Assembly (NCBI GenBank): GCA_001791325.1
Contig: MGEK01000006.1
Coordinates: 1 to 48,182 of the forward strand
Direction: 5' to 3'
DNA: 48,182 nt
Source: Candidatus Uhrbacteria bacterium RIFCSPLOWO2_01_FULL_47_25
Lineage (GTDB): Bacteria > Patescibacteriota > Patescibacteriia > GWA2-46-9
Shown: positions 31,596-41,594 of the stretch, in pieces
Position numbering within the stretch: position 1 is the stretch's first letter
Layout of the letters: the number at the start of each line of letters is the position of its first letter
Made by a program: the position numbers and the translations under genes
Notes under the pieces: generated by a model
What the model was told of the DNA's origin: nothing
Databases searched by the model: none
The model's input: only the letters and a program-made list of their open reading frames with translations

Positions 31596-33467
31596 ATGTC
31601 ACCAGCAGAGGAAGTCAAGTCACGGCTGGATATCATTGACGTTGTCAGCGAATACTTTCCTTTAAAGCCAGCCGGTGCCAACTGGCGGGCGCGCTGCCCT
31701 TTTCACGAGGAGCGCACGCCGTCGTTTATGGTAAGTAAGTCTAAACAGATTTGGCATTGTTTTGGTTGTGGCGAGGGAGGCGATATATTTTCATTTGTCA
31801 TGAAGCAGGAGGGGCTGGAGTTTCCAGATGCCCTGCGACTGTTGGCGGATAAAGCCGGAGTGCGCTTGAAGGCCGAAGATCCTACTATTCGCAGTGAACG
31901 GCAGAGACTCATGGCTTTGCTTGAAGCGGCTGTAGTGTTTTGGTCAGAAGTTTTGTGGCGGGAAGTATCTGCTAAATCTGCCATGAGCTATCTGGTAGAG
32001 GAAAGAAAACTAAAACCGGAAACAATTCGCGCCTGGCGGTTGGGCTATGCTTCAGATTCGTGGGAGGCGCTCATAAATCATTTGGTTAAGCTCGGATATA
32101 AAGAAGAAGAAATGATCAAAAGCGGCGTGGCTATACGCAAAATGGAAACGCGCGGGCGGGGGGCATATGATCGTTTTCGCAATCGTATCATTTTTCCTAT
32201 TGCCAATACCTCCGGTCAGATAATTGGAATAAGCGGTCGGACCTTGTCTAGTAGCGAGACCGAGGCCAAATATGTCAACACACCGGAAACACTCCTTTAT
32301 TATAAAGGGCAAGTTCTTTACGGTTTAGATAAAGCCAAAACTTCAGTCAAACAGCAAAATTTAGCCATTATCGTTGAAGGCAATATGGACGCCATTGCTT
32401 CACACGAAACTGGTGTGGCTAATGTCGTGGCGTCTTCGGGCACTGCCCTGACTCAAGATCAGGTGCGTTTACTTAAGCGCTTTACCGATAATTTAGCCTT
32501 TGCTTTTGACGCGGACGCGGCCGGCGAGTCAGCCACTCTGCGCGGTTTAGTGATGGCTCTTTCCGACGGCTGTCAAGTTTCGCTTATCAGCTTGCCGCTT
32601 CGCCCTGACGGCAAACGTTTTAAAGATCCGGATGAGTGCATTCGCGCCGATTCTAAACTCTGGCTTGAAGCCATTGCTAAAGCCGAACCAATGTTGGAGC
32701 ATTATTTCAGCCGAGCCGTCTCGGAGTACGATCTTACGAAATTGCCGGACAAACAGAAGGTAACCAAATTACTTTTGTCATTGATTGGCCGATTGCCAGA
32801 TCCGGTGGCCTTAAATCATTATTTGAAAAAATTATCTAATTTGGTTGATGTGCCGGAGAGATATTTAAGAGAAGTAATGCCACGGCAATTTAACAGTTCT
32901 GACTCGCAGACAGGTTCGCCAGTTAGCGTTAGTTCGGGTATTGTTACGCCGCTTCGTGCGCGCGACAGCCGTTCAGTTCAGAGTGAGCGGCTATTGGCGG
33001 CGCTTCTCGCCGCGCCCAAGCAAACGGGCTATGTGGTCGGCGTCATTGTTCCGGAAATGCTGGCGTCCGAATATGCCCCTCTTTATCGGGAAATGGTGGT
33101 TTTCTATACAGCCAAAACAAAAAATGGTAAGATTGATTGGCAGGGGCAAGACTTTACTGAACACCTGCGAAATTATTCAGAAAGCGAGTCGTTCTTAGCA
33201 CAGCTGGCGGTACTGTTGCTCTTGGCAGACAAAGAATTTGCTGAGTTTGATTCACTGGGGATTGAGCGCGAAATACTTGTCACTATTAATCGTTTAAAAA
33301 CGTCGTATTTGAAGTCAGTTTTGCAAAGACTAGAAAACGATATTCGGACTATTGAGCAGTCTCCATCGCAAGATAAAGTACGATTGGCTGCCTTGTTTGA
33401 GGAATTCAAGACGGTCAGCGTAGAATTGGCCAAAATTCATCATCAGAAAAATAGCAATAGTAAATAA
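31596..33467 (+). CDS. dnaG: DNA primase
   Basis: [53 protein letters not shown]. Confidence 0.97.
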   Translation: MSPAEEVKSRLDIIDVVSEYFPLKPAGANWRARCPFHEERTPSFMVSKSKQIWHCFGCGEGGDIFSFVMKQEGLEFPDALRLLADKAGVRLKAEDPTIRSERQRLMALLEAAVVFWSEVLWREVSAKSAMSYLVEERKLKPETIRAWRLGYASDSWEALINHLVKLGYKEEEMIKSGVAIRKMETRGRGAYDRFRNRIIFPIANTSGQIIGISGRTLSSSETEAKYVNTPETLLYYKGQVLYGLDKAKTSVKQQNLAIIVEGNMDAIASHETGVANVVASSGTALTQDQVRLLKRFTDNLAFAFDADAAGESATLRGLVMALSDGCQVSLISLPLRPDGKRFKDPDECIRADSKLWLEAIAKAEPMLEHYFSRAVSEYDLTKLPDKQKVTKLLLSLIGRLPDPVALNHYLKKLSNLVDVPERYLREVMPRQFNSSDSQTGSPVSVSSGIVTPLRARDSRSVQSERLLAALLAAPKQTGYVVGVIVPEMLASEYAPLYREMVVFYTAKTKNGKIDWQGQDFTEHLRNYSESESFLAQLAVLLLLADKEFAEFDSLGIEREILVTINRLKTSYLKSVLQRLENDIRTIEQSPSQDKVRLAALFEEFKTVSVELAKIHHQKNSNSK

Positions 33468-33469
33468 TT

Positions 33470-34708
33470 ATGAAGCGTAAAAAGAAAAAAATTGGTATTC
33501 GCTCAAAAAATGGACGTCGGAAAAAGTTATTGGCGCGCAAATCTGCCGCAGTTAAAGCCCGCAAAAAATCGGGCTTAACTCGTCGTGCCATAAAATCATT
33601 ATTGCCGCCATCGCCGCACCCTGACGAAGCGGCCGTAGAACGCTTGCTAGCCAAGGCCCGCTCCCGCGCTTTTGTGACCGAAACCGAGATAACTTATGTT
33701 TTTCCTGAAGTAGAAGAATATCTGGAAGAGTATGAAAAATTTTTAGACACCTTGGAAGATATGGGTGTTGGCATTGTGGCCATGGGAGCAAACATTCTTG
33801 ATCTTCATGGTCAAGTAAAAAAGGAAGAAATGAACATAAAGATTGGTGCGCCAGTAGACAAACGCCGTCTTGATCTCTCTGATATTTCCGCCGATTCTAT
33901 TCAAATGTATTTGCGAGAGATCGGCAAAGTGCCGCTTTTAACCGCCGAAGAGGAGGTTGTTTATGCCAAGCGTAGAGAGAAGGGTGATGAAGAAGCCAAG
34001 AAAAAACTTATTGAAGCAAACCTGCGTTTGGTTGTGTCTATCGCGAAGAAATTTACAGGGAAAAGGCTTTCTCTTCTGGACTTAATTCAAGAGGGTAATA
34101 TAGGTCTTTTCAGAGCTGTGGAAAAATTTGAGTACCGTAAGGGTTATAAGTTTTCCACTTACGCCACATGGTGGATTAGGCAGGCGATCACGCGGGCCTT
34201 GGCCGATCAGTCACGCACCATTCGCATCCCCGTGCACATGGTGGAAACCATTAACAAGTTTCAGCAGATTGAACGTCAATTGATACAAGACCTCGGCCGT
34301 GAGCCATTACCCGAAGAGATTGCCGCGGAAATGGGGGAGCCCATTGAAAAAATCCGCCATATCATTAAAATATCTCAAGATACGATTTCACTGGAAACCT
34401 CCGTTGGTGAAGATGATGAGGATTCAACTTTGGAAGATTTCATTGAAGACGTTAAAAACATTACGCCTGACCGCGCGGCCGCTCTGCAATTACTTAAAGA
34501 TTACGTGCGCGATGTTATTAAGGAATTGACTCCTAGAGAGCAGAAGATTTTGGAAATGCGCTTTGGTTTGATAGATGGCGTGGCACATACCCTGGAGGAA
34601 GTGGGCAATGAGTTTGGCGTAACGCGCGAGCGCATTCGCCAAATTGAAGCGAAAGCCCTGGAAAAAATTCAGAAACATGAGGGAATTAAGCGGCTGAAAG
34701 ACTACTAA
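33470..34708 (+). CDS. rpoD: Primary sigma-70 factor
   Basis: [45 protein letters not shown]; follows dnaG. Confidence 0.96.
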   Translation: MKRKKKKIGIRSKNGRRKKLLARKSAAVKARKKSGLTRRAIKSLLPPSPHPDEAAVERLLAKARSRAFVTETEITYVFPEVEEYLEEYEKFLDTLEDMGVGIVAMGANILDLHGQVKKEEMNIKIGAPVDKRRLDLSDISADSIQMYLREIGKVPLLTAEEEVVYAKRREKGDEEAKKKLIEANLRLVVSIAKKFTGKRLSLLDLIQEGNIGLFRAVEKFEYRKGYKFSTYATWWIRQAITRALADQSRTIRIPVHMVETINKFQQIERQLIQDLGREPLPEEIAAEMGEPIEKIRHIIKISQDTISLETSVGEDDEDSTLEDFIEDVKNITPDRAAALQLLKDYVRDVIKELTPREQKILEMRFGLIDGVAHTLEEVGNEFGVTRERIRQIEAKALEKIQKHEGIKRLKDY

Positions 34709-34744
34709 ATTGAGCTGTAAGCTGTAAGTCATAAATTTTAAGTT

Positions 34745-35770
34745 ATGACCAAACAAGATTTTCTCAAAACACCGGTTGAGCATATTGATTTTAAAAAAAT
34801 TGATCCAACGTATTTAGTGGAAGCGATGTCCAAGATGTCGTTTTCGTCGCGCGATTTGGCGCGGGCGGCCGATATTTACGTAAGGATGCTTAGCGAAAAA
34901 GAGAGCACTGTTATTTTAACGCTGGCCGGCTCCACCAGCGCCGCCGGTTGCATGCAGGTTTATGTTGACCTCGTGAAAAACAAGATGGTAGATGTCATCG
35001 TGGCTACAGGTGCCAGCATCGTGGATATGGATTTTTTTGAGGCTCTAGGATTTAAGCACTATATTGGCACGCCTTGGGTTGACGATAACCAATTGCGTGA
35101 GCTTCATATTGATCGCATCTATGACACGTTTATTGATGAAGATGAATTGAAAGAATGCGATATTATTATTGCTAAAATTGCCGACAGCATTGAACCAAAA
35201 CCGTATTCTTCGCGAGAATTTATTCAATTGATGGGCAAGTATCTGTCCGAGGTGGGCGCCAAAAAAAAAGATTCGCTGGTACAAGTGGCGCATGAAGCAG
35301 GAGTGCCGATTTTCTGTCCGGCTTTTTCTGATTCCAGCGCCGGCTTTGGGTTGGTGTATCATCAGTATCATCATCCGGATAAACACGTCTCCATTGATTC
35401 GGTAAAAGATTTTTTGGAATTGACTAAAATCAAGATGGCTGCGGGAACGACTGGCCTTTTAATGATTGGCGGCGGCGTGCCTAAGAATTTTGCTCAAGAC
35501 ACGGTGGTGGCCGCGGAAGTTTTGGACAAAGAAGTGCCAATGCATAAGTACGCCGTGCAGATTACTGTGGCTGATGTGCGCGACGGCGCTTGCTCCAGCT
35601 CAACCTTAAAAGAGGCGAGCTCATGGGGTAAGGTGGAAACGACTTTTGAGCAGATGGTTTATGCTGAAGCAACACTTGTGTTGCCACTCATCGCCGCTCA
35701 CGCGTACAGGAGTGGGGTTTGGCATAATCGCAAACAGCATCGTTGGGCAGATTATCTCAATAAGCAATAA
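34745..35770 (+). CDS. Deoxyhypusine synthase-like protein (probable polyamine/homospermidine synthase)
   Basis: IDRIYD, FCPAFSDSSAG, GGGVPKNF, DGACSSSTLKEASSWGK. Confidence 0.9.
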   Translation: MTKQDFLKTPVEHIDFKKIDPTYLVEAMSKMSFSSRDLARAADIYVRMLSEKESTVILTLAGSTSAAGCMQVYVDLVKNKMVDVIVATGASIVDMDFFEALGFKHYIGTPWVDDNQLRELHIDRIYDTFIDEDELKECDIIIAKIADSIEPKPYSSREFIQLMGKYLSEVGAKKKDSLVQVAHEAGVPIFCPAFSDSSAGFGLVYHQYHHPDKHVSIDSVKDFLELTKIKMAAGTTGLLMIGGGVPKNFAQDTVVAAEVLDKEVPMHKYAVQITVADVRDGACSSSTLKEASSWGKVETTFEQMVYAEATLVLPLIAAHAYRSGVWHNRKQHRWADYLNKQ

Positions 35771-35868
35771 TTAAAAGTTGCGCAAAACTTATTCTCGTGC
35801 TACACTGCTGCATATTTTGTTCTTTGATTTATATTCCGGGGTAGCTCAGTGGTAGAGCAGGTGACTGT

Positions 35869-36494
35869 GAACGTATCCGCGGTATACTTTTTATATGCCG
35901 AAACGGAGAACATATGCTGACCGTCGAGAGTACATAAAGGCGGCCGTGGCCAAGCGACGCAAGAAGATTAAAGTCATGGCTGTTGAGTACCTTGGTGGAG
36001 CGTGTCATATTTGTGGTTATAAACGCGCAATAGTAGCTCTTGATTTTCACCACTTGGATAAACATCATAAAGATTTTGCTGTTTCTCAAGATGGATTAAC
36101 AAGAGCTTGGAGTCGTGTGAGTTCAGAGTTAGATAAATGCGTTTTATTGTGCGCGAATTGTCACAGAGAAGTACATGCTGGTGTAATCGCAGCCCCGCGT
36201 AGGAATGCGCGGAGAAAAACTGGGTGAATTCGGGGAAGCCCAGCCCCACTTTTTGATAAGATGCCACCAGTAGATAAATAATTGTGTATTTATTTGCTGA
36301 CGTTAGTACTAGTCATTATCGGTTTTGTCAGAAAGTGGGGCTGGGTAATCCCGAGCCAATACCTGACGGGTAAAAGTGTCAGGAAAGGTGTAGAGACTAG
36401 CGGGTGAGTCCCAACGATAATCCCGCCACGAGCGCCCAGCGCCTAGAACAGGCGATGAGATAGTCCGTCCCTATTGGTAACAGTAGGATAAACG
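35869..36494 (+). ncRNA. Group I intron (626 nt) inserted between anticodon positions 35 and 36
   Basis: Exon ends in U and intron ends in G. IGS GCGGT (35879) pairs with ACTGT. P GAATTCGGGGAA (36226), Q AATCCCGAGC (36347), R GTAGAGACTAG (36390), S GAGATAGTCC (36457); P3 CTGGGTG/CGCCCAG; P7 GACTA/TAGTC. Confidence 0.92.
35895..36227 (+). CDS. Intron-encoded HNH homing endonuclease
   Basis: CHICGY...ALDFHH...KCVLLCANCHREVH. Confidence 0.85.
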   Translation: MPKRRTYADRREYIKAAVAKRRKKIKVMAVEYLGGACHICGYKRAIVALDFHHLDKHHKDFAVSQDGLTRAWSRVSSELDKCVLLCANCHREVHAGVIAAPRRNARRKTG

Positions 36495-36537
36495 TAATCA
36501 CTTGGTCGTGGGTTCGAGTCCCACCCCCGGAGCCATC

Positions 36538-36570
36538 AAAAAACTTCTGCCATCTCGGCAGAAGTTTTTT
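36538..36570 (+). terminator. Intrinsic terminator after tRNA-Asn
   Basis: AAAAACTTCTGCC-ATCTC-GGCAGAAGTTTTTT. Confidence 0.8.
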
Positions 36571-37050
36571 GATATTTCAGAGGTGCGGGTTGGAACTCGA
36601 ACGGGCAGAAGTGAGCGGCGATGAGTAGCGGAAGCTGCGACGAGCCAAGTGAATGTCGATAAGTCTGAGCGAGCGCAAGACTTAGCGCTGCCCAAGGCAG
36701 AGTGCGGAGTCGGTCTGCTGCCGATAAAGCACGTCGGAAGTCCCACCCCCCGAGCATTGATTGAGATCGAGTCATGAGTTTATCGAAGGGCTCGATTTCT
36801 GTTTTACTTGTCCTGAGTCTTATCGAAGGATTCACTGGGTTTTTTTGCGGTTTCCTGCCCGCCGAAGCCCTCACCTTGTCGCGAAGCCCTCGGCGAAGCG
36901 CAGGTCGGCGCAGGCGGGGAACCGAGAGTGGAGAGAGTCTCTTTTTTCTTCTCCCACGAGCCGGTAGTTGTATTATATAACTCCTTTATGTTAATATATG
37001 AACTGGAGATGACCTTTAAAGTATTTTCGGGTAACAATATTGCTAAATAT

Positions 37051-37449
37051 ATGAGTAGAAAATCTGGTTTTAAACTAACAAAAGAACACAAAAGAAGCAT
37101 AAGCGCAGGGATGAAGCGTGCTTGGGAAAAATCTGTTGGAGGGACAGGGGCAGCCTCTCTTGAGAAGTACGGATTTCTTATAAAAGACAGGAAGCAGATA
37201 AGGAAAGAGGTAATAAAAATGCTTGGTGGAAAATGTAAAAGATGCAACTTTTCTGATATTCGCGCCCTTCAAATAGATCACGTAAATGGGAATGGGAGCA
37301 AGGAAGTTAAGTCGTTTTATGGTGGAAACAAAACAATGCAGAGATATATCTTCACGGGACGACTTCCGAAAGAAAATTATCAGATTTTGTGTGCTAATTG
37401 TAACTGGATTAAGAGACACGAGAACAAAGAGTTTACGCAACCCAAGTAA
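37051..37449 (+). CDS. Free-standing HNH endonuclease
   Basis: CKRC...ALQIDHVNG...YQILCANCNWIK; basic N-terminus; ATG at 37051. Confidence 0.75.
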   Translation: MSRKSGFKLTKEHKRSISAGMKRAWEKSVGGTGAASLEKYGFLIKDRKQIRKEVIKMLGGKCKRCNFSDIRALQIDHVNGNGSKEVKSFYGGNKTMQRYIFTGRLPKENYQILCANCNWIKRHENKEFTQPK

Positions 37450-37468
37450 GGTTACTTCCAGTATAAAT

Positions 37469-38173
37469 ATGGACCCCGTTAGATATTTGCGGGGTAAAAC
37501 AGGTAAAAAACAAAAAATTATGATGATATCTAATGGGGTGGATAAAAAACCTACAAAGGGCGAATACTTGGATATCTTGTTAAGATCTCCCAAAACCGTC
37601 TTTTCAACCAAAGATGTTGCTTTATTGTGGGTTGAAGAAAGAGAAAATACGGTCAGTGCTAGATTAAATAAATATGCTAAGGCCGGAAAGTTGATTAGAG
37701 TTCGTCGCGGCTTGTATGCCAAAGACAAAAATTACGACAAGTTTGAGTTGGCGACAAGAATCTATACTCCCTCATATATCAGCTTTGAGACCGTTTTGAC
37801 CCGGGCTGGGATTAACTTTCAGTATTACAGCAACATCTTTGTTGCGTCTTATGTTTCGAGAGAAGTAGAAATAGACGGCCAAAAATTTACATTTGTGAGA
37901 ATGAAAAGTTATGTTTTGTCGAATACCGACGGCATTGACCACAAAGCCGGCCATGCCATTGCTACAAAAGAGCGGGCCTTTTTAGACAGAATCTATGTAA
38001 GCAAGGATTATCACTTTGATAATTTGGATTCTTTGGATTGGGATGCGATTTTTCGGATTTTACCCATTTATAACAACAAAAGGATGGCAAAGAGAGTTAA
38101 CGCATATTTTAAACATTATTCCGCAGAAGGCGGATCCGCCTCTGGCGGAAAAAATTCCAATTCAAACATATGA
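37469..38173 (+). CDS. abiEi: Type IV toxin-antitoxin antitoxin AbiEi
   Basis: wHTH GKLIRVRRGLY, PSYISFETVL, IATKERAFLD; ATGA overlap with the toxin gene. Confidence 0.85.
   Translation: MDPVRYLRGKTGKKQKIMMISNGVDKKPTKGEYLDILLRSPKTVFSTKDVALLWVEERENTVSARLNKYAKAGKLIRVRRGLYAKDKNYDKFELATRIYTPSYISFETVLTRAGINFQYYSNIFVASYVSREVEIDGQKFTFVRMKSYVLSNTDGIDHKAGHAIATKERAFLDRIYVSKDYHFDNLDSLDWDAIFRILPIYNNKRMAKRVNAYFKHYSAEGGSASGGKNSNSNI
37470..37542. mobile_element. CCCCGTTAGATAT...ATATCTAATGGGG element with TGGA duplication, in frame in abiEi
   Basis: TGGA-[65 bp]-TGGA, net 69 bp; removing it restores MDKKP. Confidence 0.75.
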
Positions 38174-38865
38174 CCTTAGATTATTCGATACATAAAAACA
38201 TACAGCTTCAGATTCTCAAAGAAATATATACCGACACGACGATTGCTCCGCACCTCGGTTTTAAGGGTGGGACAGCAGCCCTTATGTTTTATGACTTGAA
38301 CCGATTTTCGGTTGACCTTGATTTTGATCTTTTGGATGAAAGCAAAGAGAAAAAGGTATTTGAGAAAATTTTAGAGATTGCCAAAGGATACGGGGATATA
38401 CGAGAATCGCGGATTAAGCGCTACAACTTAATAATAATTCTTTCCTACGACATCAAGGCTCAAAATGTAAAAATCGAAATCAATCGCAGAGAGTTTGGTT
38501 CTCGATACGAGCTCAAAACCCTGCTTGGCATTTCCATGCTTGTAATGATCCGCGAAGATATGTTTGCCAACAAGCTTATGGCAATGTATGAGCGGGTCGG
38601 CAAAACGAGCCGGGATGTTTTTGACGTATATTTCTTTGCGAAAAATAACTGGCCGATTAACAAAGAGATCGTAGAAAAAAGAGCCGGCATGCCTTATAGG
38701 AAAACGGTAGGAAAATGCATTGAGCTTTTAGAGAAGATGAACAATCGGAACATCTTAGATGGTCTTGGCGATTTCTTGACCGAAAGCCAAAAAGATTGGG
38801 CCCGGGCAAAACTCCGTACGGAAACAATTTTTCTATTAAACGCTCGCCTTGAAAGCGAAATATGA
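38170..38865 (+). CDS. abiEii: Type IV toxin AbiEii nucleotidyltransferase
   Basis: FKGGTA, RFSVDLDF, KIEI, ANKL.A, RDVFD. Confidence 0.9.
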   Translation: MTLDYSIHKNIQLQILKEIYTDTTIAPHLGFKGGTAALMFYDLNRFSVDLDFDLLDESKEKKVFEKILEIAKGYGDIRESRIKRYNLIIILSYDIKAQNVKIEINRREFGSRYELKTLLGISMLVMIREDMFANKLMAMYERVGKTSRDVFDVYFFAKNNWPINKEIVEKRAGMPYRKTVGKCIELLEKMNNRNILDGLGDFLTESQKDWARAKLRTETIFLLNARLESEI

Positions 38866-38935
38866 AAATGGATATTCGCGGAACGCTCGCCCGGATTGAT
38901 TTTTAATTATTACTTGTAGTGAATTTAATTAAACT

Positions 38936-39340
38936 ATGATTATTGAACTCAAAAAATTCGGCGCAATTCTGATATCCCGTCCCGCCGGCCGGGAGGCGTT
39001 CAACGCTATTCGGCCAGAGCTAAAGCGTGGCGAGGCGGTACAGGTGGATTTTCGCGGAGTGCTTGCGGTAACTCCGTCATGGGTGGATGAATTCCTTTTG
39101 CTTTTAATTGATTATGTCGGCGACAATGTGGAACTTTGGCCGACTGACAACACCTCGGCACTCGCTACGTTTCGGGTACTTGCCGAAGCGAAACAAGAAC
39201 CAGTTGCCAGCCTCGCGCGCCGATATTTAGAAAGTGAAAAATTCACCCCATTAGATACGAAGTTATCTAACGGGGTAAATGTGCGATTCGTCAATAACGA
39301 AGCCAATCGGGAAGAAATTAAGAAAGAGAGAAAAACATGA
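38936..39340 (+). CDS. STAS-like (DUF4325-type) protein
   Basis: L.SR..GREAF, VDFRGV..VTPSWVDEF; paralog at 45482. Confidence 0.75.
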   Translation: MIIELKKFGAILISRPAGREAFNAIRPELKRGEAVQVDFRGVLAVTPSWVDEFLLLLIDYVGDNVELWPTDNTSALATFRVLAEAKQEPVASLARRYLESEKFTPLDTKLSNGVNVRFVNNEANREEIKKERKT

Positions 39341-40053
39341 AAATTAAGGACCTGCCCAAAATTGATAGACCACAAAACGAACATCCAAGTGCTGGTCATA
39401 GAAAAAGATTACGCGAAAGGTTTTTGCGCGCTGGGCTGGATGGGTTTGGGGATTATGAAATTGTTGAATTACTTTTAACCTTGGGTACCCCGATGAGAGA
39501 TTGCAAACAAATGGCTAAAGAAGCAATTAAGGAGTTTGGTGGATTACGCGGTGTGCTCGACGCTTCATATGAAGAATTGCAAAAAATAAAAGGACTCGGT
39601 CCTCATAATATTTTTGGCCTGAAATTTTTCCAAGCACTCTCAAAGCGTTATTCTAAAGAGAAACTCCCCAGGAAAATTACATTTGATTCTCCGCAAGCCG
39701 TCATATCTTTTCTTCAAGAAAAAATAGGTCAAGAGCCAAAAGAACATTTCCTGATTCTTTCGTTGAATACGCGCAATAATTTAATCAGGCACGACGAAAT
39801 TTCCATTGGGACTCTCAACGCCAGCATTGTTCACCCGCGCGAAGTTTTCAAAACTGCAATCCAAGCTCTCGCCGCTAATATAATAGTGGCCCATAATCAC
39901 CCTTCAGGTGATTCAGAACCTTCTAGGGAAGATATAGAAATTACCGTGGCGTTGAAAGAAGCTGGTAAAATTATAGGCATCGAGGTTCTAGACCATATAA
40001 TTGTAGCAAGGGAAAAAACTTTCAGCTTCAAAAATAATGACCTTATAGTATGA
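39337..40053 (+). CDS. radC: RadC / JAB-domain protein
   Basis: GHRKRLRERF, HhH, VHPREVF, HNHPSGD..PS.ED, LDHII. Confidence 0.93.
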   Translation: MKIKDLPKIDRPQNEHPSAGHRKRLRERFLRAGLDGFGDYEIVELLLTLGTPMRDCKQMAKEAIKEFGGLRGVLDASYEELQKIKGLGPHNIFGLKFFQALSKRYSKEKLPRKITFDSPQAVISFLQEKIGQEPKEHFLILSLNTRNNLIRHDEISIGTLNASIVHPREVFKTAIQALAANIIVAHNHPSGDSEPSREDIEITVALKEAGKIIGIEVLDHIIVAREKTFSFKNNDLIV

Positions 40054-40403
40054 AAGATCAAAGAATAAAGAAACTTATCGCAAAGATAATTAAATTCAGA
40101 GATGCGAGAGACTGGAAGCAGTTTCACAACCCTAAAGATGTCGCGTTATCTCTTGTATTGGAATCGGCAGAAGTGCTTGAACATTTCCAATGGAAAACCA
40201 AAGAGGAAATAGAAGAATACGTTAAAACAGCAAAGAACGAGATAGGAGAAGAACTTGCAGATGTATTATACTGGGTTTTGTTGTTAAGCAATGATCTAGA
40301 AATTGATGTTCTTGATGCCCTTGATTCTAAAATGAAGAAAAATGAACAAAAATATCCAGTTGATAGGGCTAAGGGAAGGCACACAAAGTATACAGATTTA
40401 TGA
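40050..40403 (+). CDS. MazG-like nucleotide pyrophosphohydrolase
   Basis: FRDARDWKQFHNPK, E.AE.LE.FQW, EELADV, N..KYP. Confidence 0.9.
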   Translation: MKDQRIKKLIAKIIKFRDARDWKQFHNPKDVALSLVLESAEVLEHFQWKTKEEIEEYVKTAKNEIGEELADVLYWVLLLSNDLEIDVLDALDSKMKKNEQKYPVDRAKGRHTKYTDL

Positions 40404-41506
40404 TTGACTTCACCCCGTCATTAATCGCAAAAGGATTTTTCAGGTTTACTGGACCGCCCGAGAACTGGTTGACGGCGATTAAGTTCATGACTTGGGGGTT
40501 AGAAGAAAAGTTACATCCTCGATGGGAAAAAATCCAACCAGGCGACATATTTTTTATACATAGCACAGGCCCGCAAACTTCTTTATTCGAAAACGCTAGG
40601 TCAGGGATTATAGGTTTGGGGGTGGTGGGACCAAATTTCTCAATTAAAAATAATTACCTCTGGATTAGAGAGTTTGAAGAAAAGCGGAATATTTGGCCTC
40701 TTCTGGTCCCTTTTTCAGAAATTTATTTATTTAGCGAACTGCCACCGCGCGAAAGTTGGGTAGTGCCTAGCTCTACAAATATCCAACAAATAACTAACTT
40801 AGTTGATAGGTTATTAAAAAACTACATACCCTTAGCGAGTCTTCAAGGTTTTCCGCGGATGGGAAGTTTTTCTCCTGTTTCTAAAACAGTATCAGAACAA
40901 ATCCTCTATGATAAAAGGCCTCTCTACATTTATACAAGTGAAATAGCGTTAAGTACTCTGAAGGCAAAACCAACAAGATTAGAAAAAATAAAAAGCGCTT
41001 CGGAAACACTGCGATACGCAGAAACATTGAGGGTATTTGACACAATCAGAAAACGAATGGTCCGAGAAACGCCTGGTCAATATACTCGCGATAATGAATT
41101 GCTGGCGAGGGCCGAAGCTGCTCATAGCACTATTTTAGAAGAGCTTATTGAGATATTTAGGAACAAAGGATATGAAACACGCTCAAATAAGCATGTAGAC
41201 CTATTTGCATATAATAAAGAAAGGTCATTCTTGTTCGAAGTAAAAAGTACTGAAAATAAAAATTTCATAAGTCAGGCCAGAAAAGGTTTAATTCAACTTT
41301 TCGAATATGATTATTTCGAAATACGGAAATTCACGTCTGAAAATAAATTTGATTTTAAAGATAAGTATAAAATTTTAGTACCCTCACAAATTCCTAAAGA
41401 CACTAATTATGTGGGGTTCATTAACGATTTAAAAACTGGCGTAGCAGTAGTAAAAGATAGGTCTATTAAACCTGTGGGTGCAGATTTTGGTTTTTCAAAA
41501 ATATAA
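40400..41506 (+). CDS. EVE/PUA-like domain fused to a PD-(D/E)XK nuclease (putative modification-dependent endonuclease)
   Basis: N-terminal ENW......WG.......I.PGD.F......GIIG.G.V; C-terminal VDL......LFEVKS and QLFEY. Confidence 0.65.
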   Translation: MIDFTPSLIAKGFFRFTGPPENWLTAIKFMTWGLEEKLHPRWEKIQPGDIFFIHSTGPQTSLFENARSGIIGLGVVGPNFSIKNNYLWIREFEEKRNIWPLLVPFSEIYLFSELPPRESWVVPSSTNIQQITNLVDRLLKNYIPLASLQGFPRMGSFSPVSKTVSEQILYDKRPLYIYTSEIALSTLKAKPTRLEKIKSASETLRYAETLRVFDTIRKRMVRETPGQYTRDNELLARAEAAHSTILEELIEIFRNKGYETRSNKHVDLFAYNKERSFLFEVKSTENKNFISQARKGLIQLFEYDYFEIRKFTSENKFDFKDKYKILVPSQIPKDTNYVGFINDLKTGVAVVKDRSIKPVGADFGFSKI

Positions 41507-41594
41507 TAAAATATAATTCTGTTTATAAACTCTACGCCCTCCCTCCAGAGGCGGGCAGGCACCCCGGAGGAGATTAAGATCGTTGAACAAGATT

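Larger units (their letters stand above)
35835..36535 (+). tRNA. tRNA-Asn(GTT), intron-containing (exons 35835-35868 and 36495-36535)
   Basis: Joined exons give TCCGGGG...GGTGA-CTGTTAA-TCACT...GTTCGAGTC...CCCCGGA-G-CCA, a 75-nt cloverleaf with U1-A72 and G73. Confidence 0.92.

Noticed and set aside
35835-35875. tRNA-His(GTG) reading of the 5' exon
   Set aside because: The G after CTGT is the first intron base. U/omega-G splice rules, U1-A72 and G73 give Asn(GTT).
36498-37728. Several ORFs on both strands (36498, 36536, 36761, 36774, 36804, 37075) and the 5' extensions of 36928 and 37286
   Set aside because: They overlap the tRNA, REP-like repeats or real genes on the opposite strand and carry no protein motifs.
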